A stretch of DNA of 40,000 bases. Origin: Methylococcales bacterium (GTDB lineage Bacteria > Pseudomonadota > Gammaproteobacteria > Methylococcales > G963664935). The position numbers and the translations under genes were made by a program. The stretch spans positions 1,092,494 through 1,132,493 of the forward strand of contig CAXXSE010000006.1 of the NCBI GenBank assembly GCA_963664935.2, given 5' to 3'. The notes beneath the pieces are model-generated. The model made no database searches and was not told the origin of the DNA. It saw nothing but the letters and a program-made list of their open reading frames with translations. Below, piece by piece: positions 10,088 to 18,284 of this stretch (position 1 is the stretch's first letter; each line of letters begins with the position of its first letter).

Positions 10088-10129
10088 CCGGCCAAGATAA
10101 TTGACGCCGACCGGCCAGAGTAATTGACA
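10088..10129. repeat. IS21 right terminal inverted repeat with two internal subrepeats
   Basis: Reverse complement of 7611..7652 with a few mismatches. Confidence 0.85.
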
Positions 10130-10438
10130 TTAGATAGCTGTGAACTGAAAGATAGGCTGGACCATGTCGTCTTGCCGAAGAAGGGTAAATTATCCCGCGC
10201 GCAAAAGGCCTGTGAATACGCCGATGAATTTGTTCAGGCCAAAAAGCAACACTGTGCCGTTGAGTCAGCTATTAATGCATTACAGGTTCATGGATTGGAC
10301 AAATGTCCCGACCATGGCATTGAGGGTTTCGAACGCTACGCGGCATTGGCGGTGTTATCCCGTAATATTCAAATTCTCGGCAGCATTGTGCGTGGCCAAG
10401 AAAGAGAAAAGCTTGAGATCCTAAAACAAGCGGCCTAA
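10130..10438 (+). pseudogene. C-terminal fragment of a DDE transposase (IS4/IS5-superfamily type), lacking its 5' part
   Basis: The sequence ..KKQHCAVESAINALQVHGLDKCPDHGIEGFERYAALAVLSRNIQILG matches the conserved (R/A)VE..I..LK..GL.RC...G..GF..Y....V...N tail found in several transposase families. It begins directly at the IS21 right end, so the upstream catalytic part is absent. Confidence 0.55.
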
Positions 10439-10933
10439 ACAAAAGCGGATTTAGGTAGGATAAGCATCACAGGGTAGGTGTGCCTAAAAAATGGTTTTAT
10501 GGGCCATTTTGGGTGAACAATGTGTATGAGTATCAATACCCGTTGAATATTCACAATATCTGGAGAGTGATCTGAGGTGTTATTGGAGCACTCTGTTTTA
10601 ATGTATGCTTTTTCGTTCAGGCACTAACTCCTTACATTAAGCCACCGGCTCTGCCGGTGCGATGCAAATAGGCTCTGCCGTTCCAGCGTAAAGATTTGTT
10701 AAATTCACTTGGTCATCCGTCAAGGTAATAAGAAGAATTGGATCACGCTGAAACATCGGAAAAAACAATAGATGGAACATTAAGGGATTAATATTCAGAG
10801 CAGTTTCAAAAATATGTTTCCAGTTTGATGTGGAATTATTTATTGAAAGTTATGCTAGTTCTTTGGGGTTGAGGATTCCACCTAAATATAAGCTCTTAGC
10901 CCCCTTCAAGGGGGCTTCCTCAAACCACCCGCT

Positions 10934-11595
10934 ATGCGGGTGGTACTTGATTATGTGATTAATGATATTTTTCCGCCTTTTTTACGCTATTCCAAATGGT
11001 TTATGCTTCCGCTGATGAAACTTGCCTTTAAAGAAGCCTATGGGATTTTCATAGACTTTAGGGAAAAAGCAATCACTATGTCTGAAGAGGAATATAGGGA
11101 TACCTACTGTAAGGTAAGCGTTTAGTCCCCCATCAATAACCTCAGATTCTTCGATGGGGTCTAAACGGTTACACTGTAAGACCGCAAAATATAATTTTCT
11201 CAAAGACTCGGATTTAAATCGCGAATGTATTAGTAGAATCCCTCAGGAAGTTATCGGGACCACTATACTTGAAATAGGATGTGGGCGCGGTTATATGATT
11301 GAAACACTATCGCAAAACAAAAAACTGAGAATAACCGGGACCGACATCTTTTTTAACAACCCTATACAACATATCGACAATGTCACGTTCGCCACATGTT
11401 CCGTTAACCATCTCCCTTTTCCGGACCAGTACTTTGATACGACATTGTGCACGCATGTACTCGAACATGTCAGGGACATACAAACCGCGATTCGAGAAAT
11501 CAGGCGTGTCACCTCCAAAAGAATGATTATAGTGATTCCTAAGGAAAGGCCGTACCGGTTCGGTTTTAACCTGCACTTAACGTTTTTCCCTTGTT
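10934..11595 (+). pseudogene. Class I SAM-dependent methyltransferase remnant: one frameshift, 3' end replaced by an IS fragment, and probably also 5'-truncated
   Basis: Visible segments are DYVINDIFPPFLRYSKWFMLPLMKLAFK..FREKAITMSEEEYRDTY, then (after a frame change near the C5 run at 11127..11131) DLNRECISRIPQEVIGTTILEIGCGRGY (SAM motif I), LPFPDQYFDTTLCTHVLEHV and IREIRRVTSKRMIIVIP. The sequence runs into transposase sequence at about 11596. Confidence 0.7.
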
Positions 11596-12187
11596 ACCCG
11601 GCCATGGATAAATTGTTGCAGCGACAGTCGGCGATTCAGAAGAAGCTTGCCCATCAGCATTTACAATCGGGTCACCTGATACTTTACGATATTACCAGCG
11701 TCTATTTCGAGGGTGAGTATAAAGCCAGTGAATTGGTCACATTCGGCTACAATCGGGATCGCAAGCAAGGCCGCGAACAGATGGTAGTCGGGTTGATTTG
11801 TAACGGTCAAGGATGTCCGGTCGGTGTCGAGGTGTATGCGGGGAATACCAAAGATGAAACTACGGTGATTGACAAGATTCAACAAATCAAGGTGGACTAT
11901 GGCATTGAGAAAATCATTTTTGTAGGGGATCGAGGCATGGTCACACAAAACAATATCGAAGCCCTGAAGGATGAAGATGATTTAAAAACCATCGGTGCGT
12001 TAACGCACGGCGATTTTATGAGGCTCCTCAAAGAAAAAGTCATCCAGCTTGATCTGTTTGATGAACAGACGGTCCATGAGGTCGTCGATCCCACTGAGCC
12101 AAACCGACGGTATTGTCTGTGCCGTAATCCCGCTACCGCTGAACGAGAAACTCAGACTCGGCAACGACTTTTGGACCTGACGGAAAC
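11596..12187 (+). mobile_element. IS1634-like element, 5'-truncated, part 1 (upstream of the nested insertion)
   Basis: It encodes MDKLLQRQSAIQKKLAHQHLQSGHLILYDITSVYFEGEY..FGYNRDRKQGREQMVVGLICNGQGCPVGVEVYAGNTKDETTV..IIFVGDRGMV, which covers the first two DDE aspartate regions of IS1634-type transposases. About 130-200 N-terminal residues are missing. Confidence 0.75.
12179..12187. repeat. Target-site duplication, left copy (GACGGAAAC)
   Basis: The identical 9-mer is found at 13920..13928, immediately outside the inverted ends of the nested IS. Confidence 0.85.
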
Positions 12188-13919
12188 CGGCAATTCTAAA
12201 TTTAGAAGGCTAATCGAGCGATCAGGCAAAGTTTTCGATTTCACTCGGGTATTCACACGAGAATTAGGCATTCATCGATACCCCATCGGCGCTTGTGTCA
12301 CCGAGGTCGCCGCCGGTTGGGACGGCATTTACGATGCTTGGCTAAACAGCCAATAAAAGCGCAATACTTGCCCGTAACGCGTGGTGTGGCAACATCAAAC
12401 GCTTGATCCTAATCGAATGAATTGAGAACCGCCCGGAGCAGGGCTTCAACTTGTATCGGGCGCCTCGATCTCAAGCTGGCGCATCATAAACGACATTAAA
12501 ACACTCCAATTATCGAAGCACAGGTAGCGGGTGAGCGCCCGAATGTCGTTGAAAAAGTTGATACGGGTACCGAGCTTCTGGCGCACCAGTTGATAGTTGA
12601 CATCCATCAATTCCAGCACCGTGTGGATTAAAAAGGCTAAAAGATTCAGGGTCGCCAATACCGAGGAGAGGGTATCGTTACCGTGCCCGAAATTATGAGT
12701 CAGGTGGTAGCCTTTTGTTTTCAGGGTGTTATTGTTCTCATTCTCGACTTTCCAACGGGTACGCCCGGCGAGCACTATTTCCGCGACATTCTGTTCAGTG
12801 ATCTCATAATTCGTGGCAAAGCCATTCCGGCAGAGGATATCGCCGTTCGCGTTGCGGGTGGTTAACTCGCACCAATTCACGTTGAATGCATCTTCGCTAT
12901 CACGCCGTGGAACCTGATTGCAAAAGCGGTAGGTATCGATTTCGACTCGCTTACCTTGGCGACGGGTGACGGTAACGGTGTTGATACCCTCCATGACCTC
13001 CTGCGCCTCTATGCCGTTGTAAAGCGTGGTGTGGGAGTCGGGCTTACAGACCAAAATAAAGTTCATGCCTTCCGCGAGGATCGCCCCACATACCGGCTGT
13101 TTGCAGTACAGGTCATCGCCTAATAGGGTGATGCCCCAATCCCGATAGCGGGGACCGAATTCCTATAACCAACGCTTGGCCCCAGCATTCTCGCAATCTT
13201 GTTTGTCGTGCCCATCCTGGGGTACGATGAACTCCGGCTCCAGGGGGAAAATTCTATTGCTTCCCGGTGCCACAATCACCGGGGTAATGACTGTGTGGGC
13301 GTATGTGGTCGACCCATTCCGGTGGTTCCTGACCTTGCAATTCTTACACTTGAGCTTCTTGGACGAAAAGTAATCCGTGCCATCCATGGGGACCAGGAAA
13401 GTACCGTTGATCGACCGATAACTGTCCAGATAGTCCAGCGCTTTGAGGCCATCCAGAATGTCGGAGAAGACCGGAAAAATGGCGCTGGGTGGGACCCCGT
13501 CCAACAGGTTCCGAATTTGATTGTCACTCGGAATGTTTAACAGTTTAAACAATGTTTGGGCGTTGCTGCCGCCTATTGCACGCGCCATCGTCCTCTGGAA
13601 ATCCAGGAAAGACGGGCTTTGCATGAAGAACACCGAGAACGCGCCTAAGCCGGCATCTGCCATCGAATAAACGGTATTGCTACCGGTTCGGTTATCCGGG
13701 AAGGCTTTACAGACGTCTTGCAGGGTGCTTACGATCTGGTCAAACGTGAATTTCTTCAGGGTGGGTCGAAATGGGTAGCTCATAGTCTCTGGAAAAAAGT
13801 TGTTATTTCCCAGAGTCTTATACGCTTGTTCTCGTGTCCTGTCTACAAATTATTTATATGTTATTATCTACTCAAATGAATCGCCTGCCGGGTTGGACAT
13901 TCCACATTTAGAATTGCTG
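12188..13919 (-). mobile_element. Nested 1732-bp insertion sequence (tentatively ISKra4-like) inside the IS1634-like element
   Basis: The ends are cggcaattctaaat.. (12188) and ..atttagaattgctg (13919), forming an inverted repeat of about 14 nt. The element is flanked by the 9-bp direct repeat GACGGAAAC. Removing 12188..13928 rejoins the host transposase in frame (..RLLDLTET|QLRYIADQQKTTVEKLG..). Confidence 0.85.
12446..13783 (-). pseudogene. DDE transposase of the nested IS (tentatively ISKra4-like), interrupted by a single in-frame TAG
   Basis: ORFs 13163..13783 and 12446..13066 are in the same frame and are separated only by a TAG at 13163..13165. Read through, the junction is ..GAKRWL*EFGPRYRDWGITLLGDDLYCKQPVCGAILAEGMNFILVCK... 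The C-terminal signature is RTRWKVENENNNTLKTKGYHLTHNFGHGNDTLSSVLATLNLLAFLIH. Confidence 0.8.
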
Positions 13920-13928
13920 GACGGAAAC
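13920..13928. repeat. Target-site duplication, right copy (GACGGAAAC)
   Basis: Identical to 12179..12187. Confidence 0.85.
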
Positions 13929-14537
13929 ACAGTTGCGATACATTGCGGATCAGCAAAAAACCACCGTTGAGAAGCTTGGTGCACGGGTGGGCAAAGTCTT
14001 GGCGAAATACAAAATGGGCAAGTTTATTGACTGGTCGATTGATGCGGATAAAGCTAACGCCGCCTCTCGGCAGCACCGGTTAAGCTGGTCGATTGATACC
14101 GAAAAAGTCGCCCATGAACAACGTTTTGATGGCTGTTATATCATTCATACCGACGTTGAAAAAGACCACATAAACACATTGGATGTGGTTAAGGCCTATA
14201 AAAGTCTCGCCTTTGTCGAACGGGCCTTTCGCAACCTTAAGACCGTGCAGTTGGAAATTCGTCCGGTTTACCATAAAAACGATGATCGCATTCGCGGTCA
14301 TGTGTTTTTGTGCATGCTCGCCTATTATCTGCAATGGCACATGGATCAACGTCTAGCTCCCTTATTTAAAGCGGATGGAGGGGGCGAAGCGCGGCGTTGG
14401 ACATTTCGAGGCGTTATTGATTGCTTGGCCCAGATCACTCGCAACACGGTTAGTGCCAATGGGTTAAGTTTTATCGAAACAGTACACCCACCGCCGAACA
14501 ACAACAGATACTCGATTTGCTGGGCGTTAACATGTAG
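13920..14537 (+). mobile_element. IS1634-like element, part 2 (downstream of the nested insertion), with a frameshift close to its 3' end
   Basis: It encodes ..DGCYIIHTDV..VVKAYKSLAFVERAFRNLKTVQLEIRPVYHKNDDRIRGHVFLCMLAYYLQWHM, the third catalytic (E) region. The conserved tail TPTAEQQQILDLLGVNM plus stop (14535..14537) is in a different frame from about 14495 onward. Confidence 0.75.
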
Positions 14538-14617
14538 CCATACTTCATGAAATCTGAAACGACGGTCAAGCCCATAGCTGACAAGTGGTTTCGTCGATTT
14601 TAATGAAGTAAAATCGG

Positions 14618-14778
14618 GCAAGGCACGCCTCATAGAATGGCCATAGTCCTTTGCAAGAGGCGTCACGTAGCCATGGGCGCGACAGGCCAACCCTTCGAGC
14701 GCTACCGTGGTGTCCCGCTACGGCGTTACAGCACTTGACAAGGGCTATGGCCATTGCCTTCGTGCTGTGCCTTGTTGC
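14618..14778. repeat. Imperfect palindromic element of about 160 bp, MITE- or REP-like (family B)
   Basis: gcaaggcacgcc..aatggccatagtcctttgcaag on the left pairs with cttgacaagggctatggccatt..cgtgctgtgccttgttgc on the right. The centre is also self-complementary (cgtagc..gctacg). It lies between the IS1634-like remnant and the 3' end of the SulP gene. Confidence 0.55.
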
Positions 14779-14849
14779 GAAATACCACAGTAACGCTAAA
14801 CCCATCAATACAAAGTTGTCGGAGTACTAGGGCTATTATCCTATTTCAC

Positions 14850-16574
14850 TCATTGCAGCCGCGTCAAACCAACTTCGTCCAGTATGTCTCTGAGTCCTCT
14901 TTTCTTTTCACTACCAGATGCGGTTTCATCATCAAGCAATCCGGATTGTAATCGGTCTATGCAATCGCTAAAGTCGGAAAACACATGGCGTCTTGGTACC
15001 AAATCAGGAAACATACCGACCTTTTTTAGCATGTATAGAGGCTGTCCTTGTACTCCAGTCATCAGTACGGTGATGCCTTTATCACGCATGGATAATACCG
15101 CGTCTTCGATGGAGTACAGTCCCGTCTGATCGATATACGGGACTCGTTTCATGCGGATTATAACAATTTTGACTTCCGGCATCGCCTGGGCCATGGTTTT
15201 GAGCGTACTGGCAAAACCGAAAAATATCGGGCCTTCCAGGTGTTTGATATAAATTGTGTTGGCAATAGCCGCGGGGATAATCGATTCGTCAGCCCAGGCG
15301 GAATCCTTGGCAAATTCCCGGATCGAGGAAATTTCCGAGCTGTTTTCCACGATATCGCTCATTTTCTTCATGAATAAAATGGACGCCAATACCATCCCAA
15401 CCGCAACCGCCTGGAGTAAATCGACAAAAACCGTCAATGTGAGTACGATGATCGTCACGAATGCATCCGCTCTGGGTACGTGGGGCAGGTGTTTCAAGCC
15501 TTTGTAGTCGACGATTCCTATGCCGACCGTGATCAAAATTCCAGCGAGAACCGGTATGGGAATCAGACTGGCATAGGTTCCCGCGCCGACTAAAACGACT
15601 AATAGAGCAATGCCATGAATCACTCCGGAAAGGCGTGTTTTTCCACCGGAATTGATATTGACGACGGTGCGCATGGTTGCGCCGGCGCCGGGGATTCCTC
15701 CAATCATTGCGGCAGCCATATTGCCCAAGCCTTGACCCACAAGTTCCTTATTGCTGTTGTGTTTGGTTCGGGTCATATTGTCGGCGACGACGGAGGTCAA
15801 CAATGAATCGATGGCCCCGAGCGCGGCTAAGGTTAAAGCGGGCATGACAATGACGGCCCAATTTGCTATATCTACCGAAGCCACTTTCGCGAGAAGGAAT
15901 GCGGGTAAGCCGGTTGGAATATCGCCTATGGTTGCGACGTTCAGATTAAGCGCGGTTGAAAAAAAAGTCAGCATTATCAATGCTACTAACGGACTGGGAA
16001 CTATTCTGGAAATGCGGGGAAACAGGTAAATGACTGCGATGGTCGTTAAAGCCAAGATCACCGAAGAATAGTTTATAAGCGGCAGAAGGTTCGGTATTCC
16101 GGCAAAAATGTCGAGAATTCTTTTCGGCGAAGCGTGACCCAGGAAGGGAAAAATTTGTAATACGATAATAATGACGCCGATACCCGTCATAAACCCTGAA
16201 ACAACAGGGTAGGGCATATATTGGATGTATTGTCCGATTCTTAGCAAGCCCAGAACAATCTGGAAGATACCGGCTAAAACAAAAATAGCGATAATCATGC
16301 CCAAGGCGTTTTCCAAACTGCCGGCGGATTCGATCGCTGTTGCGATGACAACCGCCGAGACCACGGTCATCGGTCCGGTGGGGCCGCTGATTTGCGTGGG
16401 TGTTCCGCCGAACCAGGCCGCGAGGATGCCAATCGCTATGGCGCCGTAGAGCCCGGCGATGGCGCCCATGCCTGATTGGACACCGAACGCCAGGGCTAAG
16501 GGGAGGGCGACTACACCGGCGGTGATTCCCCCGAAAAAGTCTCCCCGTAAAGTGCTTTCGTTATTATTATCCAT
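14850..16574 (-). CDS. SulP-family inorganic anion transporter with a C-terminal STAS domain
   Basis: The sequence begins MDNNNESTLRGDFFGGITAGVVALPLALAFGVQSGMGAIAGLYGAI..TQISGPTGPMTVV and continues through multiple TM segments. The STAS-like tail reads IYIKHLEGPIFFGFASTL..VIIRMKRVPYIDQTGLYSIEDAV. The ATG at 16572..16574 lies one nt after the fhcC stop. Confidence 0.9.
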   Translation of the reverse strand: MDNNNESTLRGDFFGGITAGVVALPLALAFGVQSGMGAIAGLYGAIAIGILAAWFGGTPTQISGPTGPMTVVSAVVIATAIESAGSLENALGMIIAIFVLAGIFQIVLGLLRIGQYIQYMPYPVVSGFMTGIGVIIIVLQIFPFLGHASPKRILDIFAGIPNLLPLINYSSVILALTTIAVIYLFPRISRIVPSPLVALIMLTFFSTALNLNVATIGDIPTGLPAFLLAKVASVDIANWAVIVMPALTLAALGAIDSLLTSVVADNMTRTKHNSNKELVGQGLGNMAAAMIGGIPGAGATMRTVVNINSGGKTRLSGVIHGIALLVVLVGAGTYASLIPIPVLAGILITVGIGIVDYKGLKHLPHVPRADAFVTIIVLTLTVFVDLLQAVAVGMVLASILFMKKMSDIVENSSEISSIREFAKDSAWADESIIPAAIANTIYIKHLEGPIFFGFASTLKTMAQAMPEVKIVIIRMKRVPYIDQTGLYSIEDAVLSMRDKGITVLMTGVQGQPLYMLKKVGMFPDLVPRRHVFSDFSDCIDRLQSGLLDDETASGSEKKRGLRDILDEVGLTRLQ

Positions 16575-16575
16575 T

Positions 16576-17391
16576 TTAACTTCGAACCAAGATTTCGCCT
16601 TTCCCCAAACCACTCAAATCCCCCATGTATCGGCGAACGCGTTGGAATTCGATATCCAGTTGAGCAAAGCGGCTATCCAGCTTCCTGAATGATCTGAACA
16701 ATAAAGGTAGGAAGGAGCCAGACGTATGGAAACCGCAGTCGGCGAAGGTGGCGGATAGTTTTGGCTTTTGCCAGAGCAATAAGGTTCCTCGCCTCATGCC
16801 ATAGCCAACATGGTCGCCGACCGTCCCCATCACGGCAATAGTCCCCGCAATCATCCGCGAACCACAATAATCGGCTACGTTACCTTCAACAAGAATAGTG
16901 CCGCGGCGCATATTATCACCCAGACGGGAACCTCCATTGCCTTTTAGTATGACTGTTCCACCTTGCATCCCTTTCATATTTCCGGGCAAGGATCCACCCA
17001 GAAAGTCACTCGTATTGCCGTCGATATGAATGAGGCCATTTCGCATTTCGCAGGCGGCGAAAATACCGGTATTTCCTTTAGCATGAATTGTACCGCCCAT
17101 CATTTCCAGTCCTAAGTACGCACCTGCATCGCCTTCTACGACAATGGCGCCGGATTTCATTTCCCGGCCGATATAATCGAATTTGTCGGAGCTGTTCCTG
17201 AATACAATGTGTTGGTTATTCGCTCCGGAAACGTCAAAAAGTTTGTCGACGCGAATTTGGCGTTTTCCGGAAACCAGTTGAATGGCGTTAATTTCCGCGG
17301 TCGATAAATCGGCAATCAAATGAGGGCAAAGCGGGGATACATCGACACGCTGACGTGGGGGTTTTTTTAGTCTGAATACCAAGCCGCTCAT
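16576..17391 (-). CDS. fhcC: Formyltransferase/hydrolase complex subunit C (FwdC/FmdC homologue)
   Basis: Repeated beta-helix G-rich motifs typical of subunit C are present (GDAGAYLGLEMMGGTIHAKGNTG, GGSLPGNMKGMQGGTVILKGNGG, GDNMRRGTILVEGN, GYGMRRGTLLL). The gene sits in the fhcBADC context. Confidence 0.92.
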   Translation of the reverse strand: MSGLVFRLKKPPRQRVDVSPLCPHLIADLSTAEINAIQLVSGKRQIRVDKLFDVSGANNQHIVFRNSSDKFDYIGREMKSGAIVVEGDAGAYLGLEMMGGTIHAKGNTGIFAACEMRNGLIHIDGNTSDFLGGSLPGNMKGMQGGTVILKGNGGSRLGDNMRRGTILVEGNVADYCGSRMIAGTIAVMGTVGDHVGYGMRRGTLLLWQKPKLSATFADCGFHTSGSFLPLLFRSFRKLDSRFAQLDIEFQRVRRYMGDLSGLGKGEILVRS

Positions 17392-18284
17392 ACCATAATC
17401 TCCTGTAAGTGGAAGTGATAGGGACCCAACTTCCCACCGTAATTACCCGCGCTAACGCGCCTGATACCATTTTCCTGACCGAGTGCGCAGGTTGCTCCAA
17501 TACCGACTTTCATTGCCGCGCAAATATCGTCTTCGGTGAATCCATTGATAACGATTTCGAGTACACATTCGATATCGTCGGACAGTTCGCTCTTGGTAAC
17601 GCCTTTTAAGGTTGGGCAAAAGGCATCGTTGACGGATACCGGCAAGGAAGGATATTTTGATCCGACCTTGGAACCTGAACCGACTACTCCTCCCGGGAAG
17701 GGCATGATGACATTTGGGAGACGTTTGATCGAGGTGACCGCGGCATCGGCCGCGGCGATGGCTTGCAGCTGGGTTTTGGCTAAAATCATAAAATTACCGC
17801 CGCCGACGGCATTGACCATGCCGGTTGATTCTTCGACGATAAATTCACCGTGCATGACCGGAATACGCCAATAACGTTTGCCATCGATCAATTTCGAAAT
17901 CTGATTGCCGTCGCCGAAGAACCGTAGGTTTTTACCCATTGCCAGCCGCTCGCCTCCATCAATGCCTGAGAAAAGACTCGATGTTGACGAGGTGAGTACA
18001 CATTGACCGGCCCGGGTTTCGACTTGTTTGGCCAAACCTTTGCGACCCATTGCAAACAGCAGAATAGAAACTCCGTGGCGTCCGTCCGGAGTATCTTCCG
18101 GGGGCAATGTTTTCTCGATTGACGCTTCGCAACCGCAGGCGATGACCGAAGTGGCAAAGCCAGTCATGGTGCTGGCCGCTAATTTCGCCCATCGGGGGCT
18201 GTCCGCGGTAATAATGACCCGCGTCGCCTTCATGGGAAAGGCTTCCGCGAAGGTATCCTGAATATCGACCCCATTAATATTCAT
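17388..18284 (-). CDS. fhcD: Formylmethanofuran:tetrahydromethanopterin formyltransferase (Ftr homologue)
   Basis: A 298-aa ORF with Ftr-like sequence (DTFAEAFPMKATRVIITA, GFATSVIACGCEA, RFFGDGNQ, GGNFMIL, MPFPGGVVGSGSKVGSKY). Its start and stop overlap the neighbouring fhc genes by 4 nt. Confidence 0.92.
   Translation of the reverse strand: MNINGVDIQDTFAEAFPMKATRVIITADSPRWAKLAASTMTGFATSVIACGCEASIEKTLPPEDTPDGRHGVSILLFAMGRKGLAKQVETRAGQCVLTSSTSSLFSGIDGGERLAMGKNLRFFGDGNQISKLIDGKRYWRIPVMHGEFIVEESTGMVNAVGGGNFMILAKTQLQAIAAADAAVTSIKRLPNVIMPFPGGVVGSGSKVGSKYPSLPVSVNDAFCPTLKGVTKSELSDDIECVLEIVINGFTEDDICAAMKVGIGATCALGQENGIRRVSAGNYGGKLGPYHFHLQEIMV

Larger units (their letters stand above)
7611..10129 (+). 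mobile_element. IS21-family insertion sequence, apparently intact (istA and istB, 42-nt composite termini)
   Basis: The left end is tgacaattaacctggccggtcggcgacaattatcctggccgg. The reverse complement of the right end is tgtcaattactctggccggtcggcgtcaattatcttggccgg. Each end carries two copies of a CAATTA-N-CTGGCCGG subrepeat, as is typical for IS21 multi-repeat ends. The element has TG..CA termini and overlapping istA/istB genes. Confidence 0.9.

Noticed and set aside
11154-12356. A 400-aa ORF that looks like a methyltransferase-transposase fusion protein
   Set aside because: It is a read-through artefact. The N-terminal part is the frameshifted methyltransferase remnant, the middle is the 5'-truncated IS1634-like transposase, and the last 55 or so codons are translation of the terminal sequence of the nested IS, beyond the 12188 junction.
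13163-13165. The in-frame TAG in the nested-IS transposase as programmed readthrough or pyrrolysine
   Set aside because: There is no supporting context such as Pyl machinery or a conserved recoding signal. A single nonsense mutation in a decaying IS is the simpler explanation.
16575-16613. The upstream GTG start (16613) for the SulP transporter
   Set aside because: It would overlap fhcC by 38 nt and add a non-conserved WGKAKSWFEVK leader. The ATG at 16574, directly after the fhcC stop, gives a typical SulP N-terminus.
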